A stretch of 64,000 nucleotides of DNA from Firmicutes bacterium CAG:321_26_22 (GTDB lineage Bacteria; Bacillota_I; Bacilli_A; RF39; UBA660). How positions within the stretch are numbered: position 1 is the first letter of the stretch; each line of letters starts with the position of its first letter. Below are positions 10,876 through 19,402 of the stretch, one piece after another. Where the stretch lies: NCBI GenBank assembly GCA_001916775.1, contig MNTB01000030.1, positions 120,901-184,900 on the forward strand, read 5' to 3'. A model generated the notes under the pieces. That model did not search any database and was not told where the DNA came from. It saw nothing but the letters and a program-made list of their open reading frames with translations. The position numbers and the translations under genes are program-made.

Positions 10876-11586
10876 ATGAGCAATTTTTTTAATATTTGTT
10901 TTAGAACAATACTAGTTCTTATTATTCTTTTCTTTATTACTAAGATGATGGGAAAGAAACAGATATCTGAACTTAATTTTTTTGACTATGTTGTTGGTAT
11001 TACGATTGGTTCTATTGCCGCGGATATTTCTTTAGATATTGAAAAGAATATGATTGCAGGAATAGCGGCATTATTTATATATGGATTTATATCTTATATA
11101 ATTTCATTTGTATCTATAAAAAGTATTTGGGCAAGAAGATTTTTTATTGGTGTACCAACAGTTCTTGTGGAAAAAGGTAAAATTATTGAATCTGGTTTAA
11201 AGAAATCTAAAATTGATGTTAATGATTTATTAATGGAGGCAAGAGAAAATGGTTATTTTAATTTAGATGAAATTGATTATGCTCTTATGGAAGTTAATGG
11301 TAATATTAGTTTTCTTCCTAAAGAAAAAGAAAAGCCTGTGACTAAAAAAGATATGAAAATTAAATGTAGTAATGAAGGACTTACTGTAAATGCCATCATT
11401 GATAGTAAGTATATGGTTAATAATATGAAGGCGATTAATAAGGATAAAGAATGGTTAGATCATGAACTTAAAGTTAATGGTTATGATAATTATGATAATA
11501 TTCTTTTAGCTATGATTAATAATAATTATAAAGTTACTATTTACGAAAAGAATGTAAAGCCAGATAAAAATACTGTTTTGGAGTAG
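10876..11586 (+). CDS. DUF421 (YetF-like) membrane protein
   Basis: MGKKQISELNFFDYVVGITIGSIAA is the characteristic YetF/DUF421 N-terminus. GAGGTG RBS 6 nt before the ATG at 10876. Confidence 0.7.
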   Translation: MSNFFNICFRTILVLIILFFITKMMGKKQISELNFFDYVVGITIGSIAADISLDIEKNMIAGIAALFIYGFISYIISFVSIKSIWARRFFIGVPTVLVEKGKIIESGLKKSKIDVNDLLMEARENGYFNLDEIDYALMEVNGNISFLPKEKEKPVTKKDMKIKCSNEGLTVNAIIDSKYMVNNMKAINKDKEWLDHELKVNGYDNYDNILLAMINNNYKVTIYEKNVKPDKNTVLE

Positions 11587-11610
11587 TATTTTTTTTATAG
11601 TGATGATATA

Positions 11611-13011
11611 ATGAAATCTGATATGGAAGTAGATAATATGAAGTTTAAAAAGACAATAATTATCTCTATAGTTATTTCAGTAATTTTACTTATATGTTCT
11701 TTATTATTACCTAATATTAATATTGATAAAGATACAATTGGTTATAATGGTAATGATACATATAATATAAAAGCTTATAACACTATAAGAGACATAAATA
11801 AGTATATTAAAATTAGTGATAATATAGATAAAAAGATGCTTGGAAATTATCAAGTTACTGTTAAAGTTAGATATTTATTTTATAGATATAATAAAGTTTT
11901 TGATATTAAAGTTGTCGATAAAGTAAAACCAGAAGTTGAATTAAAAGGAAATAATCCAAGTTATGTTTGTCCTAATAAAGATTATGATGAAGAAGGATAT
12001 ACAGCAAGTGATGATTATGATGGAGACATTACTGATAAAGTAAATATAGAAAAGAATGGTAATTTTATTATTTATAGTGTTAAAGATAGTTCAGGTAATA
12101 AAAATGAAATTAGAAGAAGTATTATATTTGAAGATAAAGAAGAGCCTTCACTTACTTTAATAGGTGATGATAATATTGTTATTTATAAAAATAGTAAATA
12201 TATTGAAAAAGGATATACGGCAATTGATAAATGTGATGGTGATATCACTGATAAGGTTATAGTAACAGGTACTGTTGATACTAATAAGGTTGGAACTTAC
12301 ACTATTAATTATAAAGTAGTAGATAATAGTGGTAATGAAGCTTCAGCAGATAGAAAAATTACTGTCAGAGAAAGACCAAGTTATTATGGAAATGGTAGTA
12401 TTTATTTAACCTTCGATGATGGGCCTAGTTATTTGACAAAAGAAATTTTAGATATTTTAGATGAAGAAGGTATTAAAGCAACTTTCTTTGTAACTAGTGG
12501 TGGTGAATATGTAAAGAGAGCCTACAATAGTGGACATACAATTGCTTTACATACTTCTAGTCATAAATACAGTTATGTGTACTCTAGTGAAGAAAATTAC
12601 TTTAATGATTTAAATACTGTTAGTGATAGTGTTTATAATTCTATTGGAATTAGATGTAAATTTATTAGATTTCCTGGAGGTAGTTCTAATACTATAAGTA
12701 GAAATTATAATAAAGGTATTATGTCTAGACTTGTTAATGCTGTCACTAATAAAGGATATGTATATTTTGATTGGAATGTTGATTCTAATGATGCTGGTGG
12801 TGATGGTAATAACAGTAATAAAATATACAATAATGTTATAAATGGTTTATCTCATAATAAAACAAACATAGTACTTATGCATGATTCTGCTAATCACAGG
12901 GGTACTGTGAATGCTTTAAGAGACATTATTAGATATGGTAAAGATAATGGATATTCATTTAAAGCTATTACTAATGATACACCAGTAGTAAGACATGGAG
13001 TTAATAATTAA
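11611..13011 (+). CDS. Membrane-anchored polysaccharide deacetylase (NodB homology domain) with two Ig-like repeats
   Basis: N-terminal TM helix. Two GYTA.D..DGDITDKV repeats (DUF5011-like). C-terminal YLTFDDGPS ... HTSSH ... LMHD NodB motifs. The start may instead be the ATG at 11638. Confidence 0.8.
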   Translation: MKSDMEVDNMKFKKTIIISIVISVILLICSLLLPNINIDKDTIGYNGNDTYNIKAYNTIRDINKYIKISDNIDKKMLGNYQVTVKVRYLFYRYNKVFDIKVVDKVKPEVELKGNNPSYVCPNKDYDEEGYTASDDYDGDITDKVNIEKNGNFIIYSVKDSSGNKNEIRRSIIFEDKEEPSLTLIGDDNIVIYKNSKYIEKGYTAIDKCDGDITDKVIVTGTVDTNKVGTYTINYKVVDNSGNEASADRKITVRERPSYYGNGSIYLTFDDGPSYLTKEILDILDEEGIKATFFVTSGGEYVKRAYNSGHTIALHTSSHKYSYVYSSEENYFNDLNTVSDSVYNSIGIRCKFIRFPGGSSNTISRNYNKGIMSRLVNAVTNKGYVYFDWNVDSNDAGGDGNNSNKIYNNVINGLSHNKTNIVLMHDSANHRGTVNALRDIIRYGKDNGYSFKAITNDTPVVRHGVNN

Positions 13012-13046
13012 ATAGTTGTAAAAAAAAATTTACAACTATTTTTTTA
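13011..13046 (+). terminator. Intrinsic terminator
   Basis: aatagttgtaaa-loop-tttacaactatt followed by a T-run. Confidence 0.7.
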
Positions 13047-13105
13047 GTTATGTTGTTGTAATTTTTGGTAATTTTGTTATAATATTGTTAGAAAGGATGG
13101 TTAGT

Positions 13106-13669
13106 ATGATTAAGAAAATAAATGAGTACATTAATTTATCAATTATATTGTCAGTTTTATTTATGATAGTGGGAGTATTACTTATAGTATGGCCTAAAGC
13201 ATCTCTTGATACTTTTGCTTATGTTATTGGTACTATTATGATTATCTATGGTATTTATAGTTTTATAGATAGTTTTAGTATTAATCCTGCTCTTTGTTTA
13301 TTCCAAATGACAAATAGTATTTTATCATTTTTACTTGGTATTTGTGTATTCTTAAATCCTAGTATTTTTGAGAGTATTTTACCAATTGCTTTAGGTATTT
13401 TCTTTATTATAAGTGGTGCATTTAGTTCTAGAATATCATTTATTATTAAAGATATTGATAATAGTTATATTCTATCTTTATTTACCTCTATCTTAATGAT
13501 CATATGTGGTGTAGTATTAATTATTAATCCAGGAAATACTGCTCTTGTTATTACTACATTAATTGGTATTATTCTTATTGTATACTCTGTAAGTGCCATA
13601 ATTGACATGTTTGTATTTAAATCAAGAGTAAAAGAAATAGATAAGTACTTTAGTAAATTACTTAAATAA
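13106..13669 (+). CDS. HdeD/DUF308-family integral membrane protein
   Basis: Six predicted TM helices in the repeated pattern typical of DUF308. RBS AAGGATGG before the ATG at 13106. Confidence 0.55.
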   Translation: MIKKINEYINLSIILSVLFMIVGVLLIVWPKASLDTFAYVIGTIMIIYGIYSFIDSFSINPALCLFQMTNSILSFLLGICVFLNPSIFESILPIALGIFFIISGAFSSRISFIIKDIDNSYILSLFTSILMIICGVVLIINPGNTALVITTLIGIILIVYSVSAIIDMFVFKSRVKEIDKYFSKLLK

Positions 13670-13778
13670 TCCTATTAACTTAGGGTTATTTTTTTGTAAA
13701 GTATTCTGTAAAATATGAATCATTTCCTTTATTGTTATTTCTAAATATGATATATTTATACTAGAAAAGGTGATAACT

Positions 13779-16280
13779 ATGGATGATAACATGAGAAATG
13801 CTTGGCTAGATATGATATCTAAAGTTTATACTAATTTACATAATAGTGATAGAGTTCTTAGAGCTTCAAATGTATCTGATAAAAAAAGAGAAAGATTATT
13901 AAAATATTTTGAAAGACTTGAAGAACTACATAATAGAGTATCTGAGACAAGAAGTGTTAATGGTGAAAAATTACTTAAAAGTTTTTATTATGACTTATAT
14001 GTTATTAAACCAGAAAACATACCTGATGCTTACTTTCAAAACCAAGTTAGACTTGCTAGAGAAAGAGGTTATGGTAACATAGAATTAACTGAAGAAGATA
14101 AGAGGAGAATGACTGAAGAAGTTATTGATGATCAAAGGAAAAGTTTAGATAAATGGATTGAATACTTTTTATATGATGAAGAAAGTAAATCTTATGGAAT
14201 GTGGGAAAAATACTGGGTATTTCAAGGACTACAAAGTTTAGGTAAATATGATAAGGAAACTGGTAAATTTAGTAAAAGAGATAAAAGTACTGTATATCCT
14301 TTTCCTCTAGTAGAAAGAGAATATATTTTTACTACTTTAAAACTAATGGAAGATTTTCTTAAAGATAAAAAAAGCAAAGAAGATATTAAACAAGCATTAA
14401 GTACTGGTAATTTTAAACTTTTATATGAGTATGTTATTAAGCAAAGCTTTTTAAAAGGAGAACATCAAAGTAATAGTACTGATGGTAAATGGATTAAATA
14501 TGAACAAGAAAGTGATTATAATATTTTAAGAGATTCACTTCAAGGCTATTATACTGGTTGGTGTACTGCTGCTGGGGAGAACTTTGCCAAAGACCAGTTG
14601 GCAGGTGGTGACTTTTATGTTTACTACTCATTAGATAAGAATGGTGAAGCAAAAGTACCTAGAATTGCTATTAGAATGGATGGTAAAGATAAAATTGGAG
14701 AGATTAGAGGTATTGCAGATAATCAAAATATGGAACCTGAAATGATGCCCATTCTTGAAGAAAAACTAAAAGATTTTCCTGATAAAGGTAAATATCTAAA
14801 AAAAGAACATGATATGAAATTACTTACTTTAATTGATAAAAAGGTAAATGATAATATTGATCTTACTCTTGAAGAACTTAAATTTTTATATGAAATAGAT
14901 GGTCAAATCATAGGTTTCGGGTATGGAAAAGATCCTAGAATAGAAGAAATTAAAAGAAAAAGAAATGAAAGAAGAGATTATAGTCTTATATTTAATGTTA
15001 AAGAAGAAGAGGTTGCTTTATCACAAAAAGAATGGCTAAATAATCCAAAAAAATTTAAAGCTCTTCCGGGTAATATAGATTTAGGCTCTCTTACTAGTGC
15101 TGATGGACTTGTTCTTCCTCAACATGTTGGTGGCAATATAGATTTAAATTCTCTTGCTAGCGCTGATGGGCTTGTTCTTCCTCAACATGTTGGTGGCAAT
15201 ATATTTTTAAGACATCTTACTAATGCTGAGGGACTTGTTCTTCCTAAACAACTTGGTGGTGGTATAGATTTAAGATCTCTTACTAGTGCTGAGGGACTTG
15301 TTCTTCCTCAACATGTTGGTGGCAATATATTTTTAAGACATCTTACTAGTGCTGAAGGACTTGTTCTTCCTCAACATGTTGGTGGCAATATATATTTAAG
15401 TTCTCTTGCTAGTGCTGATGGACTTATTCTTCCTCAACATGTTGGTAATAGTATAGATTTAAGTTCTCTTACTAGTGCTGATGGACTTGTTCTTCCTAAA
15501 CAACTTGGTGGTGGTATAGATTTAAGTTCTCTTGCTAGTGCTGATGGACTTGTTCTTCCCGAAAGTATTGGTGGTAGGATAGATTTAAGTTCTCTTACTA
15601 GTGCTGATGGACTTATTCTTCCTCAACATGTTGGTAATAGTATAGATTTAAGTTCTCTTGCTAGTGCTAAAGGACTTGTTCTTCCCGAAAGTATTGGTGG
15701 TAGGATAGATTTAAAATCTCTTACTAGTGCTGATGGACTTGTTCTTCCTCAACATGTTGGTAGTAGTATAAATTTAAGTTCTCTTACTAGTGCTGATGGA
15801 CTTGTTCTTCCTCAACATGTTGGTGGCTATATAGATTTAAGATCTCTTACTAGTGCTGATGGACTTATTCTTCCTAAACAACTTGATGGTAGTATAGATT
15901 TAAGATCTCTTACTAGTGCTGATGGACTAGATTTAAGATCTCTTACTAGTGCTGATGGACTTGTTCTTCCTCAACATGTTGGTGGCTATATAGATTTAAG
16001 CTCTCTTACTAGTGCTGATGGGCTTGTTCTTCCAGAAAGTATTGGTGGTGATATATATTTAAACTCTCTTACTAGTGCTGATGGGCTTGTTCTTCCAGAA
16101 AGTATTGTTGGTGATATATATTTAAACTCTCTTACTAGTACTGATGGACTTGTTCTTCCTCATGATTTTAATTTATTTATGCTATATTGTCCTTATTATA
16201 TTGAAAAAGAAATTATGAATAATCCTGATAAATATTATATGGCTCCTACTGAAGATGATAAAAAAGAAATAAAAAGATAA
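13779..16280 (+). CDS. Large repeat protein: about 430-aa N-terminal domain of unknown function plus about 17 tandem 21-aa LRR-like repeats; no signal peptide seen
   Basis: RBS AAAGGTGA before the ATG at 13779. The C-terminal 364 aa consist of G(G/N)xIDLxSLTSADGLVLP(QHV/KQL/ESI)G units. The N-terminal part contains GWCTAAGENFAKDQLAGGDFYVYYS...IGEIRGIADNQN. Confidence 0.8.
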   Translation: MDDNMRNAWLDMISKVYTNLHNSDRVLRASNVSDKKRERLLKYFERLEELHNRVSETRSVNGEKLLKSFYYDLYVIKPENIPDAYFQNQVRLARERGYGNIELTEEDKRRMTEEVIDDQRKSLDKWIEYFLYDEESKSYGMWEKYWVFQGLQSLGKYDKETGKFSKRDKSTVYPFPLVEREYIFTTLKLMEDFLKDKKSKEDIKQALSTGNFKLLYEYVIKQSFLKGEHQSNSTDGKWIKYEQESDYNILRDSLQGYYTGWCTAAGENFAKDQLAGGDFYVYYSLDKNGEAKVPRIAIRMDGKDKIGEIRGIADNQNMEPEMMPILEEKLKDFPDKGKYLKKEHDMKLLTLIDKKVNDNIDLTLEELKFLYEIDGQIIGFGYGKDPRIEEIKRKRNERRDYSLIFNVKEEEVALSQKEWLNNPKKFKALPGNIDLGSLTSADGLVLPQHVGGNIDLNSLASADGLVLPQHVGGNIFLRHLTNAEGLVLPKQLGGGIDLRSLTSAEGLVLPQHVGGNIFLRHLTSAEGLVLPQHVGGNIYLSSLASADGLILPQHVGNSIDLSSLTSADGLVLPKQLGGGIDLSSLASADGLVLPESIGGRIDLSSLTSADGLILPQHVGNSIDLSSLASAKGLVLPESIGGRIDLKSLTSADGLVLPQHVGSSINLSSLTSADGLVLPQHVGGYIDLRSLTSADGLILPKQLDGSIDLRSLTSADGLDLRSLTSADGLVLPQHVGGYIDLSSLTSADGLVLPESIGGDIYLNSLTSADGLVLPESIVGDIYLNSLTSTDGLVLPHDFNLFMLYCPYYIEKEIMNNPDKYYMAPTEDDKKEIKR
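15069..16160 (+). repeat. Tandem 63-bp coding repeat array (16 full units plus one partial)
   Basis: Direct reading: the period is exactly 63 nt and many units are more than 85% identical at the DNA level. One unit carries an internal 33-bp duplication (15897-15929 / 15930-15962). Confidence 0.95.
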
Positions 16281-16286
16281 ACTTAA

Positions 16287-16367
16287 AATTGAAGACTACA
16301 GGCTTCAATTTTTTCATTAAAGACCTTAGGCTTTAATGATAGTAAAGAGATTACAAGCTCTTTACTA
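16287..16367. repeat. HP-AG hairpin pair plus tail element; the first hairpin is the terminator of the repeat-protein gene
   Basis: aattgaAGACtacaGGCTtcaatt+TTTT. Then cattaaAGACcttaGGCTttaatgatagt..., which is 29/30 identical to 52722-52751. Then the hairpin agtaaagag-attacaag-ctctttact. Confidence 0.75.
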
Positions 16368-16474
16368 AACACTATAATATTTTATATACATTTGTTTGAT
16401 TTTTTTATATTTTCTATTTACTTGATATTAAATATATGATATACTTTAAATGTGAAATATGGAGGTATAAAAAA

Positions 16475-17545
16475 ATGTTAGATTATATAATTATAGGACT
16501 ACTTATTGTAGTAATTATCTTAGTTATTATAGCAATTAGTAAGAATGTTAATGAAGGAAAAATTACTGAAAGACTTGGTAATTTAGAAACTACTACTGTT
16601 AAAGAGTTATCTAGTTTTCAAATAGATATAATGAAAACAATGAATGATAATTTTAATGGATTAAATGAAAGAATGGAAAAGAAACTTAGTCAAATTAATG
16701 ATAAAGTTAATGAAAGATTAGATGATAATTTTGCTAAGACTAATAAAACATTTACTAATATATTAGAAAGATTATCTAGAATAGATGAAGCACAAAAGAA
16801 AATTGATACTTTATCTACTGATATTGTTTCTCTTCAAAGTATTTTAACTGATAAAAAGAGTCGTGGTATATTTGGTGAAATTAATCTTAAGCATATTCTT
16901 GTTAGTATATTTGGTGAAAGAAATGATAATGTATATAGACTTCAGTATACTTTTCCTAATACCACTATTGCGGACGCAGTAATATTTGCTCCCGAGCCAT
17001 TAGGTACTGTTGCTATTGATTCAAAGTTTCCTTTAGAGCACTATCAAAAAATGGTTGATAAGAATCTTTCTCCACTAGAAAGAACTGCTGCGGAAAAAGA
17101 ATTTAAGGCTGATGTTAAAAAACATATTGATGCTATTAGTTCTAAATATATTATTCCTGGTATTACTTCAGATCAAGCTATTATGTTCTTACCTGCTGAG
17201 GCTTTATTCGCCGAAATTAATGCTTATCATAGTGATTTAGTTGAATATGCTCATAGAAAAAGAGTATGGATATGTTCCCCTACAACATTAATTAGTACAT
17301 TTACTGTTATTGAAGTTCTTCTTAAGAATATGGAAAGAGATAAATATACTAGTATAATTCATGATGAACTTAATAAGTTAGGTGTTGAATTTAGTAGATA
17401 TAAAGATAGATGGGATAAGTTATCTAGAAGTATAGAAACTGTTAATAAAGATATTGAAAGTATTCATGTTACTACTGATAAGATTACTAAAAGATTTGAT
17501 TCTATTAGTAGAGTAGAAATTAAAAATAATAACGAAATTGAGTAA
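16475..17545 (+). CDS. rmuC: DNA recombination protein RmuC
   Basis: N-terminal TM helix, coiled coil, KSRGIFGEINLKHIL and a C-terminal restriction-endonuclease-like fold region typical of RmuC. GGAGG RBS before the ATG at 16475. Confidence 0.85.
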   Translation: MLDYIIIGLLIVVIILVIIAISKNVNEGKITERLGNLETTTVKELSSFQIDIMKTMNDNFNGLNERMEKKLSQINDKVNERLDDNFAKTNKTFTNILERLSRIDEAQKKIDTLSTDIVSLQSILTDKKSRGIFGEINLKHILVSIFGERNDNVYRLQYTFPNTTIADAVIFAPEPLGTVAIDSKFPLEHYQKMVDKNLSPLERTAAEKEFKADVKKHIDAISSKYIIPGITSDQAIMFLPAEALFAEINAYHSDLVEYAHRKRVWICSPTTLISTFTVIEVLLKNMERDKYTSIIHDELNKLGVEFSRYKDRWDKLSRSIETVNKDIESIHVTTDKITKRFDSISRVEIKNNNEIE

Positions 17546-17587
17546 GTAAAAACTCTTAATAATATCTATTTATTTGAATATGTTTAA

Positions 17588-17821
17588 ATGAGGGATATTA
17601 TGGTAAGAGTTTTTTTCTTTTTACTTGGATTTGGTTTTATGGTTATTGGATGTAGTTTTATTATTTTATATCTTAATTTAATGTCTATGGGGTATAATTT
17701 TTTGAATTATGTTAATTTTATTGTTAGAAGATTTGAATGTTATTTTAGTATTATCGGTCTTATTATGATGATTTTATCAATGACTATTAAAGGAGAAGAT
17801 AAGAATGAATTATATTTATGA
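17588..17821 (+). CDS. Small hypothetical membrane protein (77 aa)
   Basis: Two hydrophobic helices. Overlaps the next ORF by 17 nt. Confidence 0.4.
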   Translation: MRDIMVRVFFFLLGFGFMVIGCSFIILYLNLMSMGYNFLNYVNFIVRRFECYFSIIGLIMMILSMTIKGEDKNELYL

Positions 17822-18431
17822 TATTGTACTTAATTTTAATAAGGAATATTATTCTTTTTATGAATGGAATAGAAAAGATAATATTATTAATGTTAAGAAG
17901 ATTCCTCTGTTTCTAGTAGATAATGAATGCTTTAATATTATGAAATATGATAATGTCTATGTTAGTAAGGATTTTATTAATGTTATTAGGGATAAAACTT
18001 ATACTTATACCAGAAGTAAACTTGGTCCTTCTCTTCTTATTTCTAATGAGAAAGAAGTAATAGCTATTATGTTTAATGAAAATGGTAACTTAATTAAAAG
18101 AAGTAGTCTTACTCTTGATGAAGAAGAAGAGGTACTAGATGAAATTGTAAACAATGAAATATACAATATTCCTATCATTAAACATACTAAAGTTAATAAT
18201 GATAATGTTACTAGAAGTATTAGAGAAAAGAGAGACTTTCTTCTAAAATATATTAGTAATGAAAAGAATGATATTAATTTAAAATATTTATACTATGATT
18301 ATTTTGAGAAGGATGAAGATAATATTAAAGATATTAAAGATAAGTTAATTAAAGAAATTAAAAATGATTGGAATAAAAGACTTAATAAATTTTATGATAC
18401 AGCAATTATATTTAGTAAGATTAAGAATTAA
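17805..18431 (+). CDS. Hypothetical protein (208 aa)
   Basis: ORF with an AAGGAGAAG-like RBS inside the upstream ORF. No family recognised. Confidence 0.5.
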   Translation: MNYIYDIVLNFNKEYYSFYEWNRKDNIINVKKIPLFLVDNECFNIMKYDNVYVSKDFINVIRDKTYTYTRSKLGPSLLISNEKEVIAIMFNENGNLIKRSSLTLDEEEEVLDEIVNNEIYNIPIIKHTKVNNDNVTRSIREKRDFLLKYISNEKNDINLKYLYYDYFEKDEDNIKDIKDKLIKEIKNDWNKRLNKFYDTAIIFSKIKN

Positions 18432-18561
18432 ACTTATATTTATTTGTATAAAAAAAAGAAAGTTTTTACATAATTATAATAGAATATTCGCAGATATTCA
18501 CTTAAGAAAATATTTATTTATTTTCTTTTTTTTGATATACTTATAGTGGAGGTAACCTAAT

Positions 18562-18918
18562 ATGGATATATTTTGTAAAATTATTAATAATGAAATACCA
18601 TCATATACAATATATGAAGATGATATTGTAAAGGTATTTTTAGATGTTAACCCTAATAGTACTGGCCACTGTTTAATTGTACCTAAAGAACATTATCAAG
18701 ACTTCTTTGATATTGATAAAGAGGTACTTAATCATGTTTTAGAAACTGCGAAAGTTATAGCAAATAGATTAAAAGAAAGACTAAATTGTGACGGTATTAC
18801 TTTTGCTCAAAATAATGGCCTTGGTCAAGATGTTAAGCATTATCATTTACATCTAATTCCTAAGTATCATAATGATGATAAATTATCTATTGAAGAAGTA
18901 TATAATAAATTAAAGTAG
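18562..18918 (+). CDS. HIT-family nucleotide hydrolase
   Basis: Histidine triad HYHLHLIP, N-terminal CIFCKI-like DIFCKIINNEIPS. GGAGGT RBS. Confidence 0.85.
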   Translation: MDIFCKIINNEIPSYTIYEDDIVKVFLDVNPNSTGHCLIVPKEHYQDFFDIDKEVLNHVLETAKVIANRLKERLNCDGITFAQNNGLGQDVKHYHLHLIPKYHNDDKLSIEEVYNKLK

Positions 18919-18943
18919 GCAAATGTCTGCTTTTTTTGATATG

Positions 18944-18965
18944 AAAAAACTATCCGAAGATAGTT
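18944..18965 (-). terminator. Intrinsic terminator for the minus-strand tiny-peptide genes
   Basis: On the minus strand: aactatc-ttcg-gatagtt followed by TTTT. Confidence 0.6.
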
Positions 18966-18982
18966 TCTCTAATATAAATATT

Positions 18983-19102
18983 TTAATATAAGAAAGCATT
19001 TCCTAATATGATAGCAAGTAAGATGTATAATACAATAACAATTAATAAACCATTATTGCTTTTATGACTGCAAGTGCTGCTGCAAGAACTATTTCCAGAC
19101 AT
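18983..19102 (-). CDS. Tiny hydrophobic peptide, 39 aa (MSGNSSCSSTCSHKSNNGLLIVIVLYILLAIILGNAFLY)
   Basis: Not in the ORF track because it is under 60 aa. AAGGAGGTG RBS 7 nt upstream of the ATG (complement of 19100-19102). Small Ser/Cys/Gly-rich head plus one TM helix. Confidence 0.6.
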   Translation of the reverse strand: MSGNSSCSSTCSHKSNNGLLIVIVLYILLAIILGNAFLY

Positions 19103-19122
19103 TATAATGCACCTCCTTTAAA

Positions 19123-19215
19123 TTATATCCAAGCGCCTAGTATGATTATTAGTAGGATAAATAGTACTAATACAATAGCAGCACTAGATCCAGTACCGCA
19201 TCCACAGTTACCCAT
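19123..19215 (-). CDS. Tiny hydrophobic peptide, 30 aa (MGNCGCGTGSSAAIVLVLFILLIIILGAWI), YjcZ-like
   Basis: Not in the ORF track. AGGAGGAATG RBS upstream of the ATG (complement of 19213-19215). The Gly/Cys head plus the VLFILLII core resembles the YjcZ / tiny-TM family of Bacillota (from memory). Confidence 0.65.
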   Translation of the reverse strand: MGNCGCGTGSSAAIVLVLFILLIIILGAWI

Positions 19216-19402
19216 AATACATTCCTCCTTTTTTTCTATTCACAATATTTTATGGAAAAATAAGAAAAGTGTGCTGTACTTTATAAACAATAAAAAAATA
19301 AAATTTAAAATTGTGGTAATTTGCCCATATTTACAAAATAGCCTTGTATTTTTAGCCTAGATTTGATATTATATTAGTGTATCTTTGAAAGGAGAATGAA
19401 AA

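Noticed and set aside
15069-16160. Possibility that the regular 63-bp repeats are a CRISPR array
   Set aside because: There are no unique spacers between repeats. The units are contiguous, stay in frame inside a long ORF with a clear amino-acid repeat pattern, and no cas genes are present.
18364-18546. 60-aa ORF spanning the 3' end of the 208-aa gene and the HIT promoter region
   Set aside because: It has no RBS, it crosses an intergenic promoter-like AT-rich region, and its composition is low-complexity.
19064-19360. 98-aa plus-strand ORF from the track
   Set aside because: It has no RBS and an odd composition. It lies exactly antisense to two well-signalled tiny peptide genes and runs on into the prsA promoter region, so it is most likely an AT-rich chance ORF.
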